Shown: piece after piece, positions 1-11,410 of the stretch
Position numbering within the stretch: position 1 is the first letter of the stretch
Layout: every line of letters begins with the position of its first letter
Assembly (NCBI GenBank): GCA_964016885.1
Contig: OZ024743.1
Span: 10,292,001-10,356,000, forward strand
Direction of reading: 5' to 3'
Source of the DNA: Eledone cirrhosa
Lineage: Eukaryota
Length of the DNA: 64,000 bases
The notes under the pieces: generated by a model
The model's input: only the letters and a program-made list of their open reading frames with translations
Databases searched by the model: none
Told to the model about the DNA's origin: nothing
Program-made: the position numbers and the translations under genes

Positions 1-62
1 TATATATATATACATATATATATATGTGTATATATATATGTATATATATATGTATATGTATA

Positions 63-442
63 TCACCTTGATCACCTTGACAGACCAGTCTGTCGGGCGC
101 CATTCGGTGCCGCTGGTGACAGCCATCCCATTGGCTAGGCAGGCAGGCCATAAGTCTAAAGTCTGTCTTAAGCCAGAAGGCTCATTTGGCCGGTCTTTAT
201 CCTGGTTTCATGGCGTGAAACGACTGAGAGTACAAAACTCCCCCCTGGACAGGATGCCAGACCATTGCAGGGTTAAACCTCCAGCTATTGCTGGTACTCA
301 TTTTCAGCTGAGTAAACTGGAGCAACGTGAAATAAAGTGTCTTGCTCAAGGAAACAACACATCACCTGGTCCGAGAATTGAACTCACAACCTTTCTATTG
401 CAAGCCTACTGCTCTAACCACTAAGCTAAGCCATGCGTCTTC
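63..442 (-). mobile_element. tRNA-derived SINE (family B: tRNA head + CORE-like domain + non-RTE tail), between (TA)n arrays
   Basis: Minus strand reads A-box-like GCTTAGTGGTTAGAGC, B-box GAGTTCAATTC, then TTTCCTTGAGCAAGACACTTTATTTCAC (resembles the CORE-SINE motif CCTTGGGCAAGTCACTT); ends in a (CAAGGT)-type repeat; head matches the copies at 5031, 21786 and 31890. Confidence 0.75.
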
Positions 443-444
443 AC

Positions 445-445
445 A

Positions 446-533
<88 letters not shown>

Positions 534-568
534 TATATGTATACATATATATATATATAAATATATAT
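445..568. repeat. (TA)n microsatellite
   Basis: Directly visible, with occasional TG/CA interruptions. Confidence 0.95.
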
Positions 569-708
569 GAAAAGTGTAATTTTCTACACAAAACGAAGGT
601 TATAGAGAAAATTGAGGTTGGTAATGGCACATGGAATATATAAGAGACAGAATACTTTTTTGTGAAAAAACATAATTTTATAAGGTAAGGAAATAATAAA
701 GGGTATAA

Positions 709-756
709 AAAATGACCGGTTTCGATGGGTCTGCAAAAGCCATCTTTTCAAATGTT
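709..756 (-). ncRNA. Degenerate minimal hammerhead ribozyme motif (Penelope LTR type)
   Basis: Minus strand: AACAT-TTGAAAA (decayed CTGANGA)-GATGG...CCATC-GAAA-CCGG-TC-ATTTT; palindromic ACCGGT stem III and GUC triplet; core has 2 substitutions. Confidence 0.45.
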
Positions 757-1069
757 GATTAATATTAAGAAAAATTAATAATACGAAGAGTTAAAATTTG
801 AGACTTGAAAATTCAAGTATAAAATTCATTGTGGGATTTCATAGCAGTTTTCATCTAGGTAGCAACAACAGGTTGACTGCTGTGTCCCTTTCTGGTAGTG
901 AATGAGAAGTTATTTAGGGTGTGGGTTATTTTATAAAGGTCAGATTTAGCAATCACCAACTGGCCAGCTGCTGGTCAGTGAGGGGGTGGAAGCAATATAC
1001 ATACACATATCTTCCTGTGATGGGTAGGAGAGTGGAGCGTGATAGAAAGGGATTTAGTGCACTTACACC

Positions 1070-1455
<386 letters not shown>

Positions 1456-1502
1456 GCAGTGTATACATATAGTGTATACATATAGCAGTTCCAGGCTGCC
1501 CC

Positions 1503-2132
1503 TTGTATAGGAGCACATTTTGGAATAGAATAGAAAGAACTAGGAACAAGGCCAATAGAATAAACTCATGGTATGATAGCAATAAATACCAGAGTGTAAT
1601 GTTCATCAATACAACCCCTAGAGGCGAACTAGCCTACAAATTTAGAAGGGCCCTAAATAAACATAAACTCAATATTAAGATAGTAGAAAGACCAGGTACC
1701 TCCGTAAAAACACTTATTAGCAAGACATACCCGTTCCAAAGACCCTCATGTATAGATAAGAAATGTATAACCTGTAAAATAAGCCCCCATATTAACTGTA
1801 AAACTAGAAATGTAGTGTATAGCATAAGATGTACTGAAGGACAATGTAGAAACAAAAATATAGTGTACATAGGTGAGACAGCTCGTAGTATAGGGGAACG
1901 AATAAATGAACACTGGCGAGACCTTCAAGATAATAAAGAATCATCTGTGCTCTACCAACATGCTAAGATAGAACACAGGGGTAGATTAGAGAACATAGAA
2001 ATAAAAATAGAATCCACACACAGAAAAGATGCAATGTTTAGGCAAATTACAGAGGCAGTAAGCATAAAAGAATTACAACCAAAATTAAATAGAAAATATG
2101 AGTGGAACAGCAACATCACAACTTACAATTAA
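1503..2132 (+). CDS. Penelope-type GIY-YIG endonuclease (C-terminal fragment of the PLE ORF)
   Basis: C-x4-C-x2-C...C then NVVYSIRC...[17 protein letters not shown]...HAKIEH...EAVSI...PKLN, the typical PLE endonuclease layout. Confidence 0.85.
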   Translation: MYRSTFWNRIERTRNKANRINSWYDSNKYQSVMFINTTPRGELAYKFRRALNKHKLNIKIVERPGTSVKTLISKTYPFQRPSCIDKKCITCKISPHINCKTRNVVYSIRCTEGQCRNKNIVYIGETARSIGERINEHWRDLQDNKESSVLYQHAKIEHRGRLENIEIKIESTHRKDAMFRQITEAVSIKELQPKLNRKYEWNSNITTYN

Positions 2133-2411
2133 GGACAAAATGAAAACACACACACACATAGAACAAACAACTTACAATTAAGGACAAAATGAAAACACAC
2201 ACAGGACAAAATGAAAACACACACACACATAGAACAAACAACCAACCAACAATAAATAAATAAATAAATAAACAAATAGATAAATGAACACAAACACACA
2301 CAGACACCCGGATGTGGCGCATGCGCAAACTGAGCACACAACACACACACAGAAACAAAATGGCGTAGGATAGAAGAAAGGAAAGGCACAGAAACAAAGA
2401 AAGGAATCCCC

Positions 2412-2456
2412 AGTCACTGAAGAGGTCACAGAGTGTGTGACGAAAGGACTATGACT
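2412..2456 (+). ncRNA. Minimal type I hammerhead ribozyme
   Basis: Stem I AGTCA(2412-16)/TGACT(2452-56); core CTGAAGA(2417-23)+G; stem II GTCACA/TGTGAC; GAAA(2442-45); 2-bp stem III; CUA cleavage triplet (2449-51). Confidence 0.75.
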
Positions 2457-2910
2457 ATATATAAACAACTATCTGGTTGTGGAACCAACCAACCAGAAAT
2501 TTATAAGTTTGTATATTTGTAAATTTATAAATATATAATAAATTGAAGTGAAAGCAACTGGTGCGTGTTTCTTATTGGCAACATGACCCTCCCAAAGTAT
2601 AACAATATCGGTTTCAACGCACGATTTCAGATAAAGAATCTTGCTAAACAAATTCAGAAACGAAATATATATATATATAATTGGAGGCTTAGTAAAATCG
2701 AATCTTTGGTGGTGTGCAAGCAAATTCGACCTATGATATGAATGAGTTAGCAAAGCACTCGACAAGGTAGGTCCTTAGAGTAATAACATACGTTTAAATA
2801 ACTTGACAAATTGAACATTATGGTAGGCAGAATCCAACACACAATACCAAAGTAACGAAAGAACTAACAGGTTGAAAAAATACACCTGGACAAATCAAAC
2901 ATTATACGTT

Positions 2911-3219
2911 TGTAGCAGTTGCCTCCCTTGTTGTGATTAACAACATCTAGACGGGAAGTAGAACCCTTTCTGTAACTTCCGGTCAGAACCCTATAAAACT
3001 AACAACTTTAAGTCCTCACTCCCTCTTTTGCCCTTCCGGCGCCTGGCCTTCGCCAGGCGTCTTCTGCCAGCCTGCGTTTGCCTGGCAATCAAAACGGTAA
3101 CTACTAACTTTGCTTCATTCTTTCGTTTATGTCAACTATACTGTTAAATTGTTGATTAAATATTATACACACAAACCATGTCTCCTTGTTACATTCATAC
3201 ACACGAGTTCTCCGCTATA
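2911..3219 (+). repeat. 5' LTR (309 bp)
   Basis: Near-identical to 4502-4837 except that it lacks segments of 17 and 10 bp; TATAAAA at 2991, ATTAAA near 3155. Confidence 0.9.
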
Positions 3220-3220
3220 T

Positions 3221-3238
3221 TGGTAACCCTGACGTGAT
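3221..3238 (+). promoter_or_regulatory. Primer-binding site complementary to the tRNA-Trp 3' end
   Basis: TGGTAACCCTGACGTGAT versus the complement of the eukaryotic tRNA-Trp 3' end, TGGTGACCCCGACGTGAT (2 mismatches), 1 nt after the LTR. Confidence 0.8.
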
Positions 3239-4501
3239 ACGAACACGCAGCCGTTCATTGTTATAAGTGGTCACCCCGAAAAAAGAAAAAAATAGCAGAA
3301 TCTGGTGTTGTATGAGTAACATTACGAATACACAGCAAATTTTATTGACAAACTATGAAAATACGCAGTCAAAGAAGCGCACATGTGAAATTTTCGCACA
3401 GACAGACTTTTTCTCTCACGCATCAACTAACTGTCGCATTTCACGATATATATATGTGTTTCTCGTTTCTTACAACGAACACTTTCAAAACAAAAAAAAA
3501 AAAAAAAAAAAAAAAAGACATTTGATATTTTTTTTTTAAAAACATTTCAACAGGAACATTTATTTTCGATGAACCATTGCCTTTTTTTTTTTTCATCGTT
3601 TTTTTCAAAGTTCACACCAATAATTATGCTAAGTGAAGCCTTTCTTTTTCATCATTGTCACTTTCACACTTGCTCTATCATTTTCTCGCGCGTTAGAAAT
3701 ATTATTTTTTCAACCTAACTTAACCTTGTATTGGCACGTGTAGGCAGCACACATTCTCAACTCACGGAGATATCTCGACTCACAGAGATAGCCGCACGCC
3801 AGAGATAACGTTTCTCTCAAGGATTCTTCAGCCTTAAGCTATATTCTCCTATTTGCCGGTTTAAAAATTTACCACGTAAATTTGCCGTTGAAAACTGCGC
3901 ATTTATTCAGAATGCGTATTTCTTTGGTCGCTGGCCTCTTGACCCTTCCAGGTCAACGCATTCTCAACATCGACCATCAACTTCGGCTGTTATTTCTAAC
4001 ACTTTGCGCAACTCATTTTTTCCGAAAAAATTTTTTTTACTGTGTATTTAAACACCGAATACGCTCACTCCGCGAGACAACAACATCAACAGCAACACAG
4101 CTTCACCAACAACCAAAACCAGCAGAACAAGCCAGAGAATTTATTTTTGCAGCACTCTTCCTGTGAGAAAATCCATTCGGAGGTTGGAAATTTCACGATA
4201 TACCACAGAACAGAAACCACCTGCATTCATTCTCTGCTGTCATGTGATTGCACACCCGTGAACTATATTTTGTACATTTGAACTTTGAGCTCTTCTCTTA
4301 CTTTATTACATTGTATCTTTGGGTGATGGATAGATAGATGTCCAGTCGTTCTCTGGCCAAGAGCGGTTGGCTACCTTGATATCTATCATTGATTTTTGCA
4401 AACATTCTTTTGTCGTAATTTTCATGCCTGTTACAACATTCTCGCCAACTTGCTACATATTTCATTCGATTTTTATATTCTAAAATTCTGGCGGGAGGTT
4501 A

Positions 4502-4837
4502 TGTAGCAGTTGCCTCCCTTGTTGTGACTCACAACCCCAATAGATTAACAACATCTAGACGGGAAGTAGAACCCTTTCTGTAACTTCCGGTCAGAACCCT
4601 ATAAAACTAACAACTTTAAGTTCTCACTCCCTCTTTTGCCCTTCCGGCGCCTGGCCTTCGCCAGGCGTCTTCTGCCAGCCTGCGTTTGCCTGGCAATCAA
4701 AACGGTAACTACTAACTTTGCTTCATTCTTTCGTTTATTCATTGACATGTCAACTATACTGTTAAATTGTTGATTAAATATTATACACACAAACCATGTC
4801 TCCTTGTTACATTCATACACACGAATTCTCCGCTATA
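4502..4837 (+). repeat. 3' LTR (336 bp)
   Basis: Direct repeat of 2911-3219. Confidence 0.9.
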
Positions 4838-4922
4838 CGTTTAAAGTGTTTCTATGAATCCGAAATCAAATATCAGACTTACGTAACTGGCAAGCTCATG
4901 GCATTCATGATCGAACAGAGTG

Positions 4923-4954
<32 letters not shown>

Positions 4955-5030
4955 TACACACATACATATATATTTATTTTTGAAAATATATTTGATTTTC
5001 CTTTGGGTAAGAGACCACAATGCAGATAAC

Positions 5031-5374
5031 TCATCATCATCATCATTTCATTTTACGTCCGCTTTTTCCCTGCTTGCAAGGGTGGGACGGGAACTGATTC
5101 TGGCTTGATTTCTACAGCTGGATGCCCTTCCTTACACCAACCTCATTTACAGAGAGTGCTGGGTGCTTTTTTGCCGTGGCACCTCCACGACCACTTTGCA
5201 GTGGAATGATAGGGACCCCAGTCCCTATCATCTCATTTCTACAGCTGAGTAAACTGGAGCAATGTGAAATAAAGTGTCTTGCTCAAGGAAACAACACATC
5301 ACCTGGTCTGAGAATTGAACTCACAACCTTTCGATTGCAAGGCCAATGCTCTAACCACTAAGCCATGTGCCTCC
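5031..5374 (-). mobile_element. tRNA-derived SINE family A (tRNA head + CORE-like domain + RTE-derived 3' tail)
   Basis: Near-identical to 21786-22121 and 31890-32236; tail carries GGAAGGGCATCCAGCTGTAGAAA...GGACGTAAAATGA(TGA)n, shared with RTE 3' UTRs in this window. Confidence 0.85.
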
Positions 5375-5764
5375 ATAACTATAAATAATAATTAAATAAG
5401 TCAGGTAAACTATCCCTGAGGACAGAAGTCACAATGAAAATTATACCATGCATTTGTCATATAATGGTTAAACATGGCCATCAGGCTTATGGCATATAGA
5501 TGGCTCAATTTCTGCTGACATTTCTATTCTTATTTTTCTGCTTGATCTATCCAACTATTACTGATAGTTATATGTTGCTACACAAAAGAAACCGGAAGCA
5601 TATTTTCCAATTTCAAGTTCCCTAATGCGCCTTAAATTAACCAAATGTTTATACATATGTGTGTGTGTGTAAAAAGTAGACAGAAATAACAAAAGTAACA
5701 AAACACACGGCACAGTACATGGAAGAAATACATTAGTTTAATGCTTCAAATAGCAGGAAGAGAG

Positions 5765-5800
5765 TCTTAACGTTTCAGACACTAGTCCTTCATCAGAAGA
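5765..5800 (-). ncRNA. Minimal type I hammerhead ribozyme motif
   Basis: Minus strand: TCTT-CTGATGA-A-GGAC-TAGT-GTCT-GAAA-CGTT-AAGA; intact core, 4-bp stems I and II, palindromic AACGTT stem III. Confidence 0.65.
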
Positions 5801-5964
5801 TAGTTAGAAATAGAAAATAAATAGAAAGTAAAGTGATATGAGGAAGGAATGGGGGAAAAATTTGGGGTGAAAAAAAAAACACACGTACATATTTAGTCAG
5901 CCATATACATACACAGAGTGGGTGGAAAGAAACCCCCTATTGAAAATTATTTTATCTTTTGATC

Positions 5965-6260
5965 TACAGAGACCATTGAGTACGACATGAATATTACTGG
6001 CGGTGTTAAAGGACACACTAATTATTCTATTCTCAATTTTGAGTCGTTGAATTCCCTTCAAAACAAATTCAACAATTTATTGTCTGATTCCATCTCCAAC
6101 AATCAAAACACCTAAGAGCCCCTCCTCTCCTTTTTCTATAATTAAAACTACAATCGAATCTTTGTGTGTGCTGGATTGGGAAGCTGATGGCAATAATTCT
6201 CCATCCCAGTGGAGGACTAGCCAGGATTTGTCTTCAGGTAGGAAAGTGGATAACTGATTA
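5965..6260 (-). pseudogene. Relic of a DNA-transposon transposase (possibly hAT/hATm-like)
   Basis: Minus-strand peptides LHWDGELLP, LLGVL and IISVSFNTASN...NGLC resemble the HWDGKLL...LLGVP...FDTTASNTG..GAC motif series recalled from invertebrate DDE transposases; superfamily uncertain. Confidence 0.5.
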
Positions 6261-7099
6261 TCTGAGCCATTGTCTCATTGTGACTGGTTCTTGCTCAATA
6301 AACATTTCAGGGGGAACATGAGAATTCAGACACATCTTGACCAAGACTCTTCACAATTGCAATGTTAGAAGTACTTGCTTGTCATACCAATATTTTTTCT
6401 CATTCACACATAGCAACAAGAGTGGCGTCAAGAGTCGGCTTTATTTGCAATGATTTTTGGGGTTGAAGATTTCATCATCATCATTAGTCGCTGAGCTGGA
6501 TGATGAACATTTAAGAGCTACTTTCTGGGACATCTGTTAGACATCATGTTTTCTCTTTCTTACTTTCATATCATGAAATTTCTTTTCCTTCTTTTGAATG
6601 GTAATGGTATCCAATGTAAGTCAGAAATATGAAACATGCTTTATAAGACTTGGCCAGATGGTGATATTAAGTTAGATATAGCCAGGTTTATACTGGCCAA
6701 AACCTATCAAATTTATATATATATATATACATACATATGTGAAGTCATATGCTTCTGCTAATATATATATATTTATAAATACACACACGCAAACATATAT
6801 GTGTGTGTACATACATATTTGAATATATGTATATGATTCTCTGTGCTCCTATTGAGATGCCTGCGTGTGTATATTTATGTCAGCTTGGATGGTGTGGTGG
6901 CAGTTGCTATGTGACTTTATTAACAAATGAAGTAACATAGTTCTTGCCTTAGTGGGGCTTTGAAAACCAACTATTTAGGAGGAAGGAACATTATGATTTA
7001 TTGTGTAACTGTGCTGCATTCATATATTTTCTACAGCACAGGAAATTTCTCAAAATGAGAGGTCACTCTAACTTTATTATTAATTAGGTGCAGAATACT

Positions 7100-8750
7100 A
7101 TTTGAAGAGAAAAGAGAAATGGAAATAAAATGGAAATGTGTTCTATTAGGATTTCTTCTTACCTCTACTGGGATGCTGCTATAGATTTTGAGTATATACC
7201 TATGCATTTGAGGCCATGAAGAGATTAATTATGTGTGCCCATTCAATATTTTGGTGGTTTGATGTTTCAAGATCAATAACCTTTTCATAGTACAAAGGCT
7301 ACAGAAAGCATTTAATTGTATTGGTGCTTTATCTAAGAGTTGCCATTTAATGATATATGGTATATTGCTATTTTTCAAAGACTAGATGTGTGTTGCCAGT
7401 TTTGTGTCCAATCTTCTTTATAATGTTATAAATGTGTAATTATGTTCAGGGAGTTTGTTCTTAAATTGGTTTATAGCCATACTTATATAATGAATGATGT
7501 TTTGGTAAATTTTAGATGTGACAGTGGTTGCATAAATAATTGATTTTGCAAGGCAGTTTCTGTGGTGTGGGCTCACTCTTTAAGAGTGGCAATTGCATTT
7601 CTGTGTTTTATTAGTTGTGCTCTTGTGGTTTGGTTTATTCATTATTTTCGTTTTATTAATGGATGTAAGAGTATTGGCAGAGATTGCAAGTGTTGGGTTG
7701 CTTATTTTAAGGGAAATATGTTTGTGTTAAATATTTTCTTGCACTTAGGTCAAGTAGGGGAATGAAATCTTACAAGATGATGAAAGGTTTTTTTTTGCCT
7801 GTTGGTGTACCCACATTAATTGAATATACAGGATTATACTAGGTAGTATTTCTTTTGCACTCCTTCTATTGAGATTGTGTTTATAACACTGAATGGTTCT
7901 TTTGAATCAACTAGATACCAGTGCATTGCTGCATATATTCACTAGTGTATTGAATGATATTTCATTGTAAGAGACTGTCAAGATTCATTTGCTCAAGTCA
8001 GTGGGTTGATTTCTATGAGTACATGGAAGCATTGTTTAAATTTAATGTATGGTTGGAATTTTTCATCATTAAGATTGAGTACTATTTATAAGAAATTAAC
8101 TATTTTGAGGTTACTAATTACAGCAAATTTTAGGTTCCTATCACTGGAAAGTTTTGTTGGGTCTTTTGGGAAATTATGTCATCTGTTTCTTTCTATTTTT
8201 GGGAAATTGATAGACCATTGTTTTTATATATTTCTCTATTAATGGTGTGTCACTCATTGTGAATTAATTCTAGAAAATATAATCGAAATATGTTTTGAAT
8301 TTCTCTGGATTTTTCCTTCCAATGCTTACATAAAAGATATCTGCATTATGTTTCTCTTCCAAATGTTTATCATTAAAGAAAATGATCGATTTTCTAGCAG
8401 GCATTATTACATTATTATTTGTATGCCATTATCTGTAATAGCAGTATAGACTTTAGTTAATTTTAGGGCCTGCAGTACTATATATTTAGTGATGGATGAT
8501 TTGTAGTCAATTATATCAAATTGAGTAAGTCTGTAATTTCGTATGTGATTTTGGTTTTATCAAGTATGCTTTTACTGATTCTTCTGAGATCAGTTTTTTG
8601 TTGGATTGTTGAATTTGATATTGGGATTATCGGAAAGGTTGAGCCTGTGGTCCTTGAGAGTTATGGAAGTTTCTAGTGAAAGAATTAAAATTCACTCATC
8701 TTCATTAACACTTGGTGCTCTGTTATTTTAAAAAATTTCAAGTATTATTG
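7100..8750 (-). pseudogene. Highly degraded Penelope-like element (RT end + GIY-YIG)
   Basis: Minus-strand remnants in the correct order: KRNTT*YNPVYSINV (cf. RKRNIIWYNPPYS, ~7810-7860), KIFN, NCLAKSIIYATTVTS (~7515-7560), HYISMAINQFKNKLPEH (cf. YIG...FK.R...H). Boundaries approximate. Confidence 0.55.
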
Positions 8751-9194
8751 CCGTATTATTTTGTAACTGTTTGTGATACTATAAACACATGTATAAGTGT
8801 GTATATTTGTACGTGTGCTTATGTATGAACAAATAAGTGGTAAAGTTATATATTTATTGTCAGCTGAAGTTCACTAATTGTTCTTACAAATTTTTGGCAA
8901 TAATCAGGAATTAGAACAGGATATAAAACAAAAAAGAACTCAATGCTAATTTTTAAAGTACAATGTACTTTATAATTTATTTGGTGGGTATCCTGCATTT
9001 ATATTACAACTATTAGTTTCACCTTTACATTGCTCTTCAGATAATTTAGAGTAAGATCTATTTTATTCCACTCTCATAATTCTCATTAATTCTTAAGAAA
9101 TAATTGAAGGTGAATAATGTGTTTCGTGGTAGGTCCTTTTATTAGCTTTAATTGTGTTTTTGTTTGTTGTTTAATTTATGGAGAAGAAATAGCT

Positions 9195-9800
9195 GTCGTG
9201 TATATTTATAGATGTCCCTGTGCTGGAAGAAGGTGTTCATAATAGAGAGTCCATTGCTAGAAGAAAAGTCTAATAAGGCCTCTCCATTCATATTTAGATC
9301 AGGATCGCTGCTCCTTCCAATCACTCCTTTCCATGTCAGATGGTCGGTGCCAACATGTGCATTGAAGTCTCCCATTAGGGTATATGACTATATGCTGCAG
9401 TGACTTCATTAAGGAAGGATCTGTATTCAGACACATTATTTGGTGCATAAACTTGGACCACCCACAGAGACCTATCTTTCAGTCAAAGCTTCAAAAAGCA
9501 AAGTCCCCCCCCCCTGCTAATGGCATCCAGTCCATAATACATTCTGACAGTCAGGAACTTGTGAGTATCCCCACTCCTGCATGTGCAGTCATTTCTGGTG
9601 CCACCCCTGAATAGTGGAGTTTCTGTTCACCATCCAAATCTACAAACCAGGGCCATGGAACTTTGTTCAGGAAACCCCAACTCTATCTAGATAGTAGTAT
9701 CTAATCTTCTCTACTAGTTCTTGCTCCTTATCCGTAAGGGTTGTGATATTTCAGATGCTAATTGTCAAGATTTGCTCCCTTCTGAACCCTCTTTGTGACC
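9195..9800 (-). pseudogene. LINE APE-endonuclease fragment (RTE-like)
   Basis: MGDFNAHVG...WKGVIG...[10 protein letters not shown]...[17 protein letters not shown]. Confidence 0.75.
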
Positions 9801-9899
9801 TCAGTCTATGCAATCTTTGTGCATCCATCTCACGCCTTCCACGACAGGACACAGGCCAATTGGCAGTTTTTACAGCATGAAATGAAGACTGAGTTTTCT

Positions 9900-11010
9900 G
9901 TAGTATGGCATATCACCAGTTGACTTGATCCTGTGTCATCTTTATAAAATCCATAAAATTAGCATATCATCTAAAGTTTTCCTTTATTTACCTCTTCTGC
10001 AGTTTCCATCAACTTTGAGTACCTTACTTTTCTTTATGCTGCTGATATCCTCCATATACATCTCATGTCCACACCAGTGCTGTTTTATCTATTCTACACT
10101 GCATCTAATTCTTCTTATGCTATGCTTTTCTTTTAGTTCATTAATGTTGGGTTGGTCATGCACACTACTATTGCATACCCATCAGGGCATGCATGCTTCA
10201 TTTCTCTTCAATCATTGCAAAACCTCTGCATTGAAAGTCCAAATCTCACCTCCATGCACCATCGCAGTTCTGATGCGAGCATAAAACAAGCTGCCTTTCT
10301 TCCTGAGAGATAAAACTTTTGTAGCTTGTAAAGGTAGTAGCTCTCTTAAGTCTTTACACATAATTGTCACTTTAGATACTATATTTTAAAAATATTCACC
10401 TTCACTGTCAACCACTTCTAGGAAGCTATCTGAATATTTGACATTGTTGGAGTTTTTTTAATGAGCAGTTGCTGCTTACTGCTCCTGTGCACCTACCAAA
10501 TACATAACATATGTTATTTGTTAACTTGCACAAGATCCTATTTCACCTTTTGTGTACACATTGTTTACATTTTCTATACTGTATGGAATCTCTATCAGGT
10601 AATTTTTTGCATATTGAACATGGCATTTTCCTGAGGTCATTTGATTCCAGATTTTGCTATCAAGTCTGGAAGCTCTTCTCTATACTCATCTATGAGAACT
10701 ATTTCATCTGCATTCAGAAGTCCCCACAAGCTGCCAGTTTAAACTTCTCTGTTATTATTTAGGTAAGTATAATAAACAGGTGGGGCTGAAAACCGAATGC
10801 TTTTCAACCTTTGTCTGCAATCTAACTTCTTCACTATATTCACTGTTACCTCTCACTTTGCTGGTTGTATCTTAGTGTGTGGTTTGTTCAACACTCACAA
10901 GCCACTAAATTTCTAAGAGCTCATCAGGTTATGCATTGAAGTACTCTAAGGCTTTCTTCAGGTCAATGAATACCAAGTGGAGGGGCTAGTTCTCATGTAT
11001 TCTTCTCATT
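9900..11010 (-). pseudogene. Old RTE LINE relic of the PHD-containing family
   Basis: Colinear with 22900-23650 and 41300-42480 (e.g. CCTTTTGTGTACACATTGTTTACAT, GCATGCATGCTTCATTTCTCT); many stops. Confidence 0.7.
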
Positions 11011-11149
11011 TAACAGTCTCTTAAATGGCATTCCCATTCTTTAATTTTCCATATTGGAGAGGGCAAGTGTACACTTTCCTTCTAGCCACACTGCTCTCCA
11101 CCATCTTAAATTTCCCTGACACTCTGCCTTTCAATCCTTAAGAACATGT

Positions 11150-11274
11150 CTACAAACACATACACACACAAATTCACATGTATATATTATATCTTATTAT
11201 ATATATATATATGCATACATAAATATACATGTATGCGTGTACAGGTGCATTTATATGTACATAGATATTCATTG

Positions 11275-11342
<68 letters not shown>

Positions 11343-11372
11343 CATATATACATATATATACATACGAGTATT

Positions 11373-11407
<35 letters not shown>

Positions 11408-11410
11408 ACA
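11150..11410. repeat. (TA)n/(TG)n microsatellite cluster
   Basis: Directly visible. Confidence 0.9.

Larger units (their letters stand above)
1490..2670 (+). mobile_element. 5'-truncated Penelope-like element: GIY-YIG endonuclease end plus pseudo-LTR
   Basis: ORF 1503-2132 followed by a short tandem duplication (2118-2240), a hammerhead motif at 2412-2456 and sequence shared with relics at 27880-28150 and 51979-52215. Boundaries approximate. Confidence 0.8.
2911..4837 (+). mobile_element. Non-autonomous LTR retrotransposon (Gypsy-like termini), two LTRs, no coding capacity
   Basis: Direct repeats 2911-3219 and 4502-4837 starting TGTAGC and ending GCTATA; 4-bp TSD CGTT (2907-10, 4838-41); PBS after the 5' LTR; purine tract GGCGGGAGG just before the 3' LTR. 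Confidence 0.85.

Noticed and set aside
2911-3219. LTR element as an LTR-retrozyme
   Set aside because: Size and TSD fit, but I find no CTGANGA...GAAA hammerhead core in either LTR.
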